Positions 9,592-20,851 of a DNA stretch of 64,000 nt are shown piece after piece; the first letter of the stretch is position 1, and each line of letters begins with the position of its first letter. The notes below the pieces were generated by a model. That model was not told the DNA's origin and searched no databases. It saw only the letters and a program-made list of their open reading frames with translations. A program made the position numbers and the translations under genes. This stretch comes from an uncultured bacterium. GTDB lineage: Bacteria > Krumholzibacteriota > Krumholzibacteriia > LZORAL124-64-63. Location of the stretch: contig CAVSZB010000007.1 in the NCBI GenBank assembly GCA_963732385.1, positions 288,001-352,000 on the forward strand, given 5' to 3'.

Positions 9592-10692
9592 ATGGCGAAG
9601 ACGATCCGGCCGGTGCCGTTCCTCGACCTGCGTGCGCAGATCCGCCCCCTGCGGGCCGAATTCGATGCTGCAATGGCTTCAGTAGTCGATCAGACCGCCT
9701 TCATTCTCAGTGATCACCTGACCGCGTTCGAACGGGATTTCGCCGCCTTCTGCGAGGTGAAGCACTGCATCGGGGTCGATTCGGGAACCCAGGCGTTGCA
9801 TCTGATCCTGCGGACCCTCGGGGTGGGACCGGGCGATGAAGTCATCACTGTTCCCAACACGTTCATCGCCACCCTGGAAGCGATCCACTACACCGGGGCG
9901 CGCCCGGTGCTTGTGGATGTCGATCCGGACACCTGGCTGATGGATCCGCTCGCGGTCGCGCGTGCGGTCGGGCCCCGAACCAGGGCCATCCTTCCGGTGC
10001 ATCTCTTCGGGCACCCCGCGCCGATGGCCGAACTGAGGGCGCTGGCGGACCAGGCCGGCGTGGCGCTCGTGGAAGATGCCTGCCAGGCCCATGGAGCTCG
10101 TTACCAGGGGCGGCGCACCGGTAGTCTGGGCCGGGCCGCGGGATTCAGCTTCTATCCGGGCAAGAACCTTGGCGCTTTCGGCGACGGCGGCGCGATCGTC
10201 ACCGACGACGATGCGCTGGCGGCGCTTTGCCGCAGCCTGCGCCATCACGGTCAGGGCGCGAAAAATATTCACGATCATGTCGGCTACACCGGCCGGCTCG
10301 ATTCTCTGCAGGCGGCGGTGCTGTCCGTCAAACTGCCGCACCTCGACACCTGGAACTCTGCGCGCCGGGCCCATGCCGCGCACTACCGTCGTCGTCTGGA
10401 GGGCGCCTACCGGATGCCCCAGGTGCTCGGGGGCGGCGAAGCGGTTCACCACCTCCTGCCGATCTGCACCCCGGAGCCGGACCAGCTCATGGCTAGCCTG
10501 CAGGAGGGCGGGATCGCCTGCGGCCGGCACTATCCGATTCCGGTGCATCTTCAGCCGGCGTTCGCGTTTCTCGGCCACCAGGCAGGGGCTTTCCCGGTGG
10601 CCGAAGAGATCTGCGCAGGCCTTATTTCCCTGCCGATGTATGCGGAAATGACCGAGGATATGGTGGACACGGTCTGTGATGTTCTGCTATAA
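9592..10692 (+). CDS. DegT/DnrJ/EryC1/StrS PLP-dependent sugar aminotransferase
   Basis: 'VEDACQAHGA', 'SFYPGKNLGAFGDGG', 'RLDSLQAA'. Confidence 0.95.
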   Translation: MAKTIRPVPFLDLRAQIRPLRAEFDAAMASVVDQTAFILSDHLTAFERDFAAFCEVKHCIGVDSGTQALHLILRTLGVGPGDEVITVPNTFIATLEAIHYTGARPVLVDVDPDTWLMDPLAVARAVGPRTRAILPVHLFGHPAPMAELRALADQAGVALVEDACQAHGARYQGRRTGSLGRAAGFSFYPGKNLGAFGDGGAIVTDDDALAALCRSLRHHGQGAKNIHDHVGYTGRLDSLQAAVLSVKLPHLDTWNSARRAHAAHYRRRLEGAYRMPQVLGGGEAVHHLLPICTPEPDQLMASLQEGGIACGRHYPIPVHLQPAFAFLGHQAGAFPVAEEICAGLISLPMYAEMTEDMVDTVCDVLL

Positions 10693-10833
10693 TCGATCCA
10701 TCGGCACAAATCAGCCTGCCGGCCGATGGCAGAATGGACGACGAGGGGAGCCGCATGCCAGGTTGTTAACGCGTTAATCCTAACGGACATCAGCTTCTTC
10801 GACTCCTGCTGCATCGCAGGGAGGGAGAGCATC

Positions 10834-11565
10834 ATGAAGGATGACGCGGCGGCTCTGACCTGCGTGGTCGAGAGACCTCTGCCTGTGACTCCCACATTGT
10901 GGATCCCCGTCGATGCCGGGCGCATTTGCGGCTGGCAGGGGGCGGTGAAGCGGGCCGTAGACCTTCTCGCCGGCCTGGCTGCACTGGCGCTCACCTCGCC
11001 GCTTTTTTTCACGCTCGCGGTGATCATCAAGCGATCGAGTCCGGGGCCTGTCTTCTATGTCCAGGAGCGGATGGGCAAGGACGGGCGGCCGTTCCGGTTC
11101 TTCAAATTCCGCACCATGCGGCATCAGAGCGATGATGCCATCCACCGTCAGTTCGCCGCCATGTTCATCAACGGCGATGCCCGCGGCTGCCGCGCGAACA
11201 AGGGCGCAAAGGTCTACAAGCTGACCGACGACCCTCGTGTCACGATGATCGGTCGCTGGCTGCGCAAGACCTCTCTGGACGAACTGCCGCAGCTGTTCAA
11301 TATCATCCGCGGCGAGATGTCTTTCGTGGGACCACGCCCGCCGATCGCCTACGAGACCGAGCACTACCAGTCGTGGCATTACGAGCGGCTGAAGGTCACG
11401 CCGGGCCTGACCGGGCTGTGGCAGGTCAGCGGTCGCAGCAATGTGCCGTTCGACGAGATGGTGCGGCTCGACCTTCACTATATCAACAACTGGTCTCTTG
11501 CCATGGACCTGCGGATCGTTGCCAGGACGCTGCCGGTGGTCCTTCAGGGGACGGGCGGCTACTAG
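10834..11565 (+). CDS. Priming sugar transferase (bacterial sugar transferase family)
   Basis: 'KFRTM', 'DPRVT', '[12 protein letters not shown]', 'VGPRP', '[13 protein letters not shown]'. Confidence 0.93.
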   Translation: MKDDAAALTCVVERPLPVTPTLWIPVDAGRICGWQGAVKRAVDLLAGLAALALTSPLFFTLAVIIKRSSPGPVFYVQERMGKDGRPFRFFKFRTMRHQSDDAIHRQFAAMFINGDARGCRANKGAKVYKLTDDPRVTMIGRWLRKTSLDELPQLFNIIRGEMSFVGPRPPIAYETEHYQSWHYERLKVTPGLTGLWQVSGRSNVPFDEMVRLDLHYINNWSLAMDLRIVARTLPVVLQGTGGY

Positions 11566-11700
11566 CTAGAGCGACATCGAATCTCAAGTATCACCCCCTG
11601 ACGCGCGATATATCGGTGCAGATCGCCCGCGTCTGGCGCCGACCGGCGTAGTCCCGTGCCTGTCTGCCGAACCAGGTGCTTCGAATCGAGGAGGCTGGCA

Positions 11701-12717
11701 ATGATCCGGATGGCCGTGATTGGCTGTGGCTACTGGGGTCCCAATCTGATCCGCAATTTCCACAATGTTGCGGATTGTGAGCTGCGGATGATCACGGATC
11801 TCGATTCGAAGCGGCTCGCTCATGTGGGCAAGCAGTTCCCGCAGGCGCACAAGACGCTCGACTACCGCGATCTGCTGCGCGATCCGGAGATCGACGCCAT
11901 CGCCGTCGCAACGTCGGTTTCCACGCACTATCAGCTCGGGCGGGAGGTCCTCGAGGCGGGCAAACACCTCTTCATCGAGAAACCGATGTGCGCGAGCGCG
12001 GATGACTGCCGGCGGCTGATCGATCTCGCCGCCGCCCGCCACCTGCAGATCATGGTCGGGCACACCTTCCTCTTCACGCCCGCGGTCCGCAAGATCCGCG
12101 AGCTGATGCACACCGGCGAACTCGGGGACATCTACTATGTCAACATCACCCGCGTGAACCTCGGACTCTTCCAGCCCGACATCAACGTGGTCTGGGATCT
12201 CGCGCCGCATGATATCGCCATGCTGAACCATCTGTTCGGGGCCGGACCGCGGGTCGTCAGCGCCACCGGGCGGTCGTATGTGCGGCCGGGCATCGAGGAT
12301 GTGGCGTTCCTGACGCTGGAATACCCCGGGAACCAGATCGCCCACATCCATGTGAGCTGGCTCGACCCGAACAAGATCCGCCAGGCGACGTTCGTCGGCA
12401 GTCGCAAGATGCTCGTGTATGACGACGTGTCGAGTCTGGAGAAGATCAGGGTCTATGACAAGGGCGTGGAGAAACTGGCGCATTACGACAGCTTCGGCGA
12501 GTTCCAGTTGTCATACCGCTACGGCGATATCGTGATCCCCAGGATCGACCAGATCGAGCCTCTCAAGGTGGAGGCGGCCCACTTCATCAACTGTCTGCAG
12601 GGGACGGAAACGCCTTTGAGCGACGGCGCGAGCGGTCTGCAGGTGGTCGAGGTGCTCGAGAAGGCGTGCGAATCGATCCGTGGCGAAGGGAAGCCGGTCC
12701 TCTGCGGTCCCGCCTGA
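11701..12717 (+). CDS. Gfo/Idh/MocA family oxidoreductase
   Basis: 'GCGYWGPN', 'EKP', 'WDLAPHD'; GAGGAGG RBS. Confidence 0.93.
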   Translation: MIRMAVIGCGYWGPNLIRNFHNVADCELRMITDLDSKRLAHVGKQFPQAHKTLDYRDLLRDPEIDAIAVATSVSTHYQLGREVLEAGKHLFIEKPMCASADDCRRLIDLAAARHLQIMVGHTFLFTPAVRKIRELMHTGELGDIYYVNITRVNLGLFQPDINVVWDLAPHDIAMLNHLFGAGPRVVSATGRSYVRPGIEDVAFLTLEYPGNQIAHIHVSWLDPNKIRQATFVGSRKMLVYDDVSSLEKIRVYDKGVEKLAHYDSFGEFQLSYRYGDIVIPRIDQIEPLKVEAAHFINCLQGTETPLSDGASGLQVVEVLEKACESIRGEGKPVLCGPA

Positions 12718-12817
12718 GCTCCTGGCCGCCCGGCCGCCCGCGCACCGGGGGTCGACAGGCGGACACGGGCGGCTTACGCTCTCCGCGGGCCGGTGGTCGC
12801 TGGCCACGGAGGGTGTT

Positions 12818-13978
12818 GTGAGCGAGTCCCCGTTGCGCGTGGCGATGATCGGCCAGAAGGGCTGGCCGCCGGTCCATGGCGGTATCGAGCGGCACGTGGC
12901 GGAGCTGGCGAAGCGCCTGGCCGCGCGCGGTCACCTGATCGACATCTACAGCCGGCCCCACTACAGCGCGGCGCATGGCGCGGTTGCGCCGGGGGTTCGG
13001 GTGCGCCGGCTGCCGAGCATCCCCACGAAGCACCTCGACGCTATCACGCACACCGCCCTGGCCACGCTCGACGTCCTGACGCGAAGGGTCGACGTGGTGC
13101 ACTACCACGCCCTCGGTCCCGGCCTGCTGGCCGGGTTGCCGCGCTGGCTCGGCCGCCAGGCCACCGTCGTCACCGTGCACGGTCTTGACTGGCAGCGCGA
13201 GAAGTGGGGCCCGGTCGCGCGCGCGGTCCTGCGCGGAGGGGAGCGCGCCTGTGTCCGGCAGCCGCACCGCACGATCGTCGTGTCGCGCGCGCTGCAGGAC
13301 TACTTTCGCCAGCGGTGGGGATGCGAGACCGTGCTGATTCCGAACGGCATCACGCAGCCGGTCTATCGGGCACCCCGTCTGATCCGCGAGCGGGGACTGC
13401 CGGAGCGGTACGTCCTGTTCGTGGGGCGCCTCGTGCCGGAAAAGGGGTGCCATCTGTTGACTGCGGCCTGGGCGCGCCTGCCCGAAGTGGTCCGTGGGGA
13501 CGTGGCGCTGGTAATCGCGGGCGATGCAGGTTTTACGGACGCCTATGTCCGCCGGCTGCGGGCCGAGGCATCGCCGGACACCAGATTTCTCGGCTTTGTG
13601 CACGGGGAGATCCTCGACGAGCTGTACACGAACGCGGAAATCGTCGCGCTGCCGTCGACGCTCGAAGGGCTGTCGATCGCCCTGCTGGAGGGGATGAGCT
13701 ACGGCCGCTGCTGCCTCGTCAGCGACATCCCGCCCAATCAGGAGGCCGCCGGAGGTTGCGCACGGTTGTTCCCCTCCGGCGACGTGGCGGCCCTTGGACG
13801 GGAGCTGGCCGCGCTGCTGGCTGATCCGGGCGGTCGCGAGCGGCTCGGGGCGGCGGCCCAGTTGCACGCCATCGAGCACTACTCCTGGGATCGCGCCGCC
13901 GATCAGACGGAGGCTCTGTATCGCGAACTCGCGGCGTCCCGTGCGGCCGGGACCGGAAGGAAGGGGGGGCGGATCTGA
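12818..13978 (+). CDS. Glycosyltransferase family 4
   Basis: 'GGIERHV', 'FVGRLVPEKG', 'EGLSIALLEGMSYG'. Confidence 0.92.
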   Translation: MSESPLRVAMIGQKGWPPVHGGIERHVAELAKRLAARGHLIDIYSRPHYSAAHGAVAPGVRVRRLPSIPTKHLDAITHTALATLDVLTRRVDVVHYHALGPGLLAGLPRWLGRQATVVTVHGLDWQREKWGPVARAVLRGGERACVRQPHRTIVVSRALQDYFRQRWGCETVLIPNGITQPVYRAPRLIRERGLPERYVLFVGRLVPEKGCHLLTAAWARLPEVVRGDVALVIAGDAGFTDAYVRRLRAEASPDTRFLGFVHGEILDELYTNAEIVALPSTLEGLSIALLEGMSYGRCCLVSDIPPNQEAAGGCARLFPSGDVAALGRELAALLADPGGRERLGAAAQLHAIEHYSWDRAADQTEALYRELAASRAAGTGRKGGRI

Positions 13979-14535
13979 TGCGTGTTTTCGCGCGGGTGAT
14001 GATCATCGTGCTGAGTGTTTTGTCTCTGGCGGAGGCCGGGTGCAGCAAGCGGGCCTGGGTGGCTGGCCATGGTGCCTCCGCCGTGTATGGCGAGGCTAGG
14101 GATCCAGCCTCGACAATGCCCGCGCCCGCCGCGACCCCGCTCGCCCCGGCTGCGCCGCGGGAAGCGCCGATCGATCCGGTGGCGGAGGGGGGGGCCGCCT
14201 TGCCGGCGCCGGGCGCCCAGGTGGCGGAGCAGTTGCCGTGGCAGGAGGTCGAGTCGCCGGGGATGTCCGGCGCCGACGACGGTGCGTGCTCGGGCGCCCC
14301 GTGCCACTGGGTGCAGATCGCCGCGCCGGTGGACAGTTTCGGCTGCGCCGCCCTGCTGCGGCAAGCCGGCGCGGTGTTGACGGCTGCAGCCATGCCGACC
14401 GGCACTTCCGTGCGACAAGAGGGAGGGCTGTGGAAAGTTCAACTCGGCCCATTTTCCCGCTGGGAGGAGGCGGAGTCGGCGCGGGATCGCCTGCGCGCCG
14501 CCGGCTTCGTCGCGGCCTGGCTGGTTCGGCGCTGA
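13978..14535 (+). CDS. SPOR domain-containing (lipo)protein
   Basis: Lipobox-like 'AGC', Pro/Ala linker, C-terminal 'WKVQLGPFSRWEEAESARDRLRAAGF'. Confidence 0.75.
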   Translation: MRVFARVMIIVLSVLSLAEAGCSKRAWVAGHGASAVYGEARDPASTMPAPAATPLAPAAPREAPIDPVAEGGAALPAPGAQVAEQLPWQEVESPGMSGADDGACSGAPCHWVQIAAPVDSFGCAALLRQAGAVLTAAAMPTGTSVRQEGGLWKVQLGPFSRWEEAESARDRLRAAGFVAAWLVRR

Positions 14536-14595
14536 GCGGTCGTTTGGGAGTTGACAGACCGGGCTGACGGACTTTATTGTATCGCCACGTCCGAT

Positions 14596-14671
14596 GCGGG
14601 CATAGCTCAGTTGGTAGAGCACTACCTTGCCAAGGTAGTGGTCGCGAGTTCGAGTCTCGTTGCCCGCTCCA
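14596..14671 (+). tRNA. tRNA-Gly(GCC)
   Basis: Cloverleaf GCGGGCA...TGCCCGC-TCCA, anticodon loop TTGCCAA. Confidence 0.97.
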
Positions 14672-14678
14672 ATGCGCA

Positions 14679-14716
14679 GATCGGGGGTCGCTGCGAGGCG
14701 GCCCCCGATCGCTTTC
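14679..14716 (+). terminator. Intrinsic terminator after tRNA-Gly
   Basis: GATCGGGGG...CCCCCGATC stem, then GCTTT. Confidence 0.6.
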
Positions 14717-14821
14717 CCGGGCCTTTCTGACGGCGCCGGATGCAGCGCGTCGCCGACATGGCCGCTGAATCTTGACAGCGTCGGCGAGTGCGGTCATTCT
14801 TATCTGTGCGATCCTCAGGGA

Positions 14822-14896
14822 GGCGGCATAGCCAAGTGGTAAGGCGATGGTCTGCAAAACCATTATTCCCCGGTTCAAGTCCGGGTGCCGCCTCCA
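14822..14896 (+). tRNA. tRNA-Cys(GCA)
   Basis: GGCGGCA...TGCCGCC-TCCA, anticodon loop CTGCAAA. Confidence 0.97.
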
Positions 14897-14983
14897 GCCT
14901 CCCCCATCCAGCCGCTGCTCTGCGACCTGCCGAAGCGGGCGCTGACCGTTGACAGGTCGCTGTCAGCGCCGCATCATGCCGCC

Positions 14984-15068
14984 GCCGGGGTGGCGAAACT
15001 GGTAGACGCAAGGGACTTAAAATCCCTCGGAGCGTTGCTCCTTGCCGGTTCGAATCCGGTCCCCGGCA
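14984..15068 (+). tRNA. tRNA-Leu(TAA)
   Basis: GCCGGGG...CCCCGGC-A, anticodon loop CTTAAAA, long variable arm; CCA not encoded. Confidence 0.95.
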
Positions 15069-15130
15069 CATCCATCCAGGCCGCCTTCTGCAGAGGCGAT
15101 CAGGGGGTCTGACCGCCGCGAAGGAGATTC

Positions 15131-16282
15131 GTGCGTCTCGCCTTCTTGTCCATCGGTCGCCACATCCACACGGAGCGTTGGATCCGCTGGTTCGCTGCCG
15201 AGGGGCACGAGTGCCACCTGCTGACCGTGCAGCCGGGGCCGCTGCCGGATGTCACGGTGCACGATATTCGCGCGGGGGTGGGGCCGAAGCCGCTGCGGTA
15301 CGCGCGCTCCCTCGGCGTCGTGCGCCGGCTGCTGGGCGAACTGCGGCCCGACCTGCTGAACACACACTTTCTCACCGGCTACGGGTACTGGGGACACTTC
15401 AGCGGTTTTCATCCCAACGTGCTGACGGTCTGGGGAGACGATGTCTATGTGACGCCTCAGGAATCGCTCCTCAAGGGCTGGCTGGCGCGACGCGCGCTGC
15501 GCGGTTGTGATGCGCTGACCGGCGATTCGGTCGATATCCTGGAGGCGGCCTGCCGGCTCGGCGCCGATCCGGGCCGCGCTTTTCGGGTCTTGTGGGGGGT
15601 CGATTTCGCGCGCTTCCGCCCGGCGGACGCCGGTGCGTGGCGCCGCTCGCACGGTTTCACGGACGATGATCTGCTTTTCTTTTCGCCGCGCAGTTTCACG
15701 CAGCCGTACTACAACATCGACACTGTCATCGCGGCGGCGGCGCGCGTGCGGGCGCGCGAGCCGCGCGCCCGCTTCCTCTTTGCTGGCTACGAAGGGGACC
15801 CGGAGCCGTTCTGGCGGCTCGCGCGGGCCGCGGGAATCGGTGAGGTGGCGCACTTTCTCGGTCGCCTGGACCACGAGCAGTTCGCGGTGGCGCTGCAGGC
15901 GTGCGATGTCTTCATCTCCGTGCCGTCCGTCGATGCTACGGCGGTCAGTCTCCTGGAGGCGATGGCGTGCGGCTGTGCGATCGTGGTGTCGCGGCTCGCC
16001 TCGTCACTGGAGTGGATCGCGGAGGGGACGACGGGGTTGACGGTGCCGCCGCGTGATGCCGAGGCGCTCGCGGACGCCATGCTGCGGCTGGCGCGCGACC
16101 CTGCGCTGCGGCGCGTCTGCGGCGAGGGGGCGCTTGCGGTGGCGCGCCGTGAAGCCGGCTTTGCGGCGAACATGACGCACGTCGACGCTCTGTTTAGAGC
16201 CCTGACCGGGGGCGGAGAGGTCTGGCCGACGACGGTGCGGCTGGCCGAACTGCAGGGTGGTCACGCAGGGGGCCCGGCGTGA
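15131..16282 (+). CDS. Glycosyltransferase family 4
   Basis: 'HTERWIRW', 'WGDD', 'VSLLEAMACG'; AAGGAG RBS. Confidence 0.9.
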   Translation: MRLAFLSIGRHIHTERWIRWFAAEGHECHLLTVQPGPLPDVTVHDIRAGVGPKPLRYARSLGVVRRLLGELRPDLLNTHFLTGYGYWGHFSGFHPNVLTVWGDDVYVTPQESLLKGWLARRALRGCDALTGDSVDILEAACRLGADPGRAFRVLWGVDFARFRPADAGAWRRSHGFTDDDLLFFSPRSFTQPYYNIDTVIAAAARVRAREPRARFLFAGYEGDPEPFWRLARAAGIGEVAHFLGRLDHEQFAVALQACDVFISVPSVDATAVSLLEAMACGCAIVVSRLASSLEWIAEGTTGLTVPPRDAEALADAMLRLARDPALRRVCGEGALAVARREAGFAANMTHVDALFRALTGGGEVWPTTVRLAELQGGHAGGPA

Positions 16283-17235
16283 TCCTCTCGGTCGTCATCC
16301 CCACCCGCGACAAGGGGTCTCTGCTCGCCCGGACCCTGAAGGCGCTCGGTACGCAGCGGCTGGAAGAGCCGTGGGAGATCATCATTGTCGATGACGCGTC
16401 GAGCGATTGTACGCCGGCCCTGCTGGCCACGTCCTCTGCGGCGGTGGAGGGTCTGAGGGTCGTCTCCTGCGCCCGCAACGTGGGGCGCTCTGCAGCCCGG
16501 AATCTGGGCTGGCGCGCGGCCGTTGGCCACTGGGTGCTGTTCCTCGACGACGACATCGTGGCGCCACCGGGACTGCTCGCCGCGCATCTGGCCCGGTTGC
16601 GCGAGCGGAGCGGGTGCGGCACGATCGGGCGGGTCGTGACCGATCCGGCCCTCGTCGATGGCCCGCTGTTTCACTATCTGGACAGCCGGGGCGTGGCGAA
16701 AGTCGGCGGCGGGGAAGTCCCCGCGCGGTACTTCGTGACGCAGAACGCCGCCGTGCCGCGCGAGGCGCTGGTGGCGGTCGGCGGTTTCGACGAGCGCTTC
16801 CACGCCTGGGGATTCGAGGACATGGAATTGGCTTTCCGACTCGAGGATCGGTTGGGGATGCGATTCCTGGCGGTGACCGCGCCGACGCCGGTGCATGTGC
16901 ACCATCACACCCTGCCTGAATGGCTGGCCAAGAAGCGGGAGTGCGGGGCGCTTTCGCTACCGCTGTTGGCTGAACTGCACCCGGGGCGGCTGCGTGAGAT
17001 GCGGTTGCACTGGGTGATTGACCGACCGGACGCAGCGGCGCGACCGGGGCCGGCCGCCCTGCTGCGGGCCGGGACGCGCGGGCCGGCGCTTCGCCTGCTC
17101 GCCGCGATCGCAGACGGATGGCCCACGGGGATGGAGCACTATCCGATCGCAGCTAAATTGTACGCCAGATTGCTGGACCTGCTGGTCATGCTGACTTACC
17201 GACAGGGGCTCGTGTCAGGGCGCCACCTGACATGA
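16279..17235 (+). CDS. Glycosyltransferase family 2
   Basis: 'SVVIPT', 'VDDASSD', 'AARNLG', 'FLDDD', 'GGFDERF..WGFEDMEL'. Confidence 0.92.
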   Translation: MILSVVIPTRDKGSLLARTLKALGTQRLEEPWEIIIVDDASSDCTPALLATSSAAVEGLRVVSCARNVGRSAARNLGWRAAVGHWVLFLDDDIVAPPGLLAAHLARLRERSGCGTIGRVVTDPALVDGPLFHYLDSRGVAKVGGGEVPARYFVTQNAAVPREALVAVGGFDERFHAWGFEDMELAFRLEDRLGMRFLAVTAPTPVHVHHHTLPEWLAKKRECGALSLPLLAELHPGRLREMRLHWVIDRPDAAARPGPAALLRAGTRGPALRLLAAIADGWPTGMEHYPIAAKLYARLLDLLVMLTYRQGLVSGRHLT

Positions 17236-17361
17236 CATTACGGCCTATTTATTATGCCAATATGTCACGTCCCGGCGCGCGGTTTGATCCGGACTAGCGG
17301 AAGTTTTGCCAAGCCGCCCTTCAACATGTGTTCTTTCAGTGACTTAGACTGAATCTGCTAA

Positions 17362-19377
<2,016 letters not shown>

Positions 19378-19484
19378 CCCTGTAAGAGGTTATCCAGACC
19401 GGACATAGGGATTCTATTGCTCATCGGGGGCCAGCGTCGACCCACGCTGGGTAGGACGGCGCCAAAATAAGACAAAAAAAGTCT

Positions 19485-19513
19485 TTGACAGCAGGGGCGG
19501 CGACCGATAATAT
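19485..19513 (+). promoter_or_regulatory. Sigma70 promoter of the sigma factor gene
   Basis: TTGACA-N17-TAATAT with an A-tract directly upstream. Confidence 0.6.
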
Positions 19514-19695
19514 CACCATCAGTTTCAAGATTCGCTGGACCTGCGGGGCGGATCGATGCATAATGACTCCGAAGTAGACGAAATTAGTCTGGAACTCGGG
19601 CCGCCCTTCAGAGTAGAAACCGCACGATAGTCGAAATGAAACTACGTCGCGCCGCCTTTGTGGAGATGGCGCGGTCATAAAGGGAAGGGGACGAT

Positions 19696-20550
19696 GTGTA
19701 CGAGGTGGAATTGAGCAGCGACCGCCGCGAGGATCAGAGTCTCCAGCACTATCTGCAGACTATCGGCCGCTACAAGCTGCTGACAAAGGAAGAGGAATTC
19801 GAACTCGCCCGTCGCATCCGGCGGGGGGACAAGGAAGCCCTTGACCACCTTGTCAACGCGAACCTGCGTTTCGTGGTGAGCGTCGCCAAGAAGTTTCTCA
19901 ATCACGGACTCGGCTACATGGACCTGATCGCCGAGGGCAATATCGGCCTCATCACGGCGGCAAAGCGTTTTGATGAACGCCGTGATTTCCGCTTCATTTC
20001 CTACGCCGTCTGGTGGATCCGGCAGGCCATCCAGAAGGCGATCGCCGAGCAGACCAACACGGTGCGCCTGCCGATCAACCGCACGCAGCAGGCGCAGAAA
20101 ATGAAGCGCGTGGCGCAGACACTCGAGCAGAAATACAAGCGCCGGGTCAATGAGAACGAGATCGCCGACGTTCTTAATCTCACCCCGCGCAAGATGCATC
20201 AGATCCGTTCCGCGAGCCGTCCCCTGATCAGCATTGACGAGAGCGTGTTCGATGATGATGTCTCGCTGTCCGAAACGCTGATGGACGCCGAGGCGCTGAA
20301 TCCCGAGCAGGGCTATATTGAAGGCGAACTCAGCACCGAGATGAGCACGGCCCTCAGCCTGCTCAGCCGGCGCGAACGCGAGATCGTCGTGCGCTACTAC
20401 GGTCTGGGCGACGAGGATCCGGCTTCGCTCGAGATGATCGGGCAGGACATCAATCTTTCGCGCGAGCGGGTGCGGCAGATCCGTAACCAGGCGCTCTCCA
20501 GGATCCGTCACGCGGTGGCGGGGGAGAAGCTGCTCGACTACCTCACGTAG
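19696..20550 (+). CDS. RNA polymerase sigma-70 factor, RpoD/SigA family (short, lacks region 1.1)
   Basis: 'LVNANLRFVVSVAKK', 'DLIAEGNIGL', 'FISYAVWWIRQAI', 'SRERVRQI'. Confidence 0.93.
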   Translation: MYEVELSSDRREDQSLQHYLQTIGRYKLLTKEEEFELARRIRRGDKEALDHLVNANLRFVVSVAKKFLNHGLGYMDLIAEGNIGLITAAKRFDERRDFRFISYAVWWIRQAIQKAIAEQTNTVRLPINRTQQAQKMKRVAQTLEQKYKRRVNENEIADVLNLTPRKMHQIRSASRPLISIDESVFDDDVSLSETLMDAEALNPEQGYIEGELSTEMSTALSLLSRREREIVVRYYGLGDEDPASLEMIGQDINLSRERVRQIRNQALSRIRHAVAGEKLLDYLT

Positions 20551-20569
20551 GCGGGCCCCAGCAGAGTCC

Positions 20570-20606
20570 ACGGCCCGGCGCGCTCCGCGCGCCGGGCCGT
20601 TCGCTT
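20570..20606 (+). terminator. GC hairpin/terminator after the sigma gene
   Basis: ACGGCCCGGCGCG-CTCCG-CGCGCCGGGCCGT inverted repeat. Confidence 0.55.
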
Positions 20607-20670
20607 GCGTGGCGGGGCGAAACCGGGTTGACACGGCCAGGCCCGCCGACTTAGTTTGTCTGCTCCGGGC

Positions 20671-20748
20671 GGGCGATTAGCTCAGCTTGGTTAGAGCGCT
20701 TGCTCGACACGCAAGAGGTCGGCAGTTCGAGTCTGCCATCGCCCACCA
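20671..20748 (+). tRNA. tRNA-Val(GAC)
   Basis: GGGCGAT...ATCGCCC-ACCA; anticodon stem CTTGC/GCAAG, loop TCGACAC; TTGACA promoter at 20628. Confidence 0.95.
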
Positions 20749-20851
20749 GCAAACCCGATCGGACGACGACGAGGTGGCGCCCCGGGCATCACCTCGTCCT
20801 GTTTCTCCACTCGGTCAAGGCGCGGCCAGGTTGGCCGCGGGCGGTGTCACC

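Noticed and set aside
20696..20716. tRNA-Val anticodon loop has C rather than U at position 33
   Set aside because: The rest of the cloverleaf, the promoter and the CCA are intact; treated as a natural variant, not a pseudogene.
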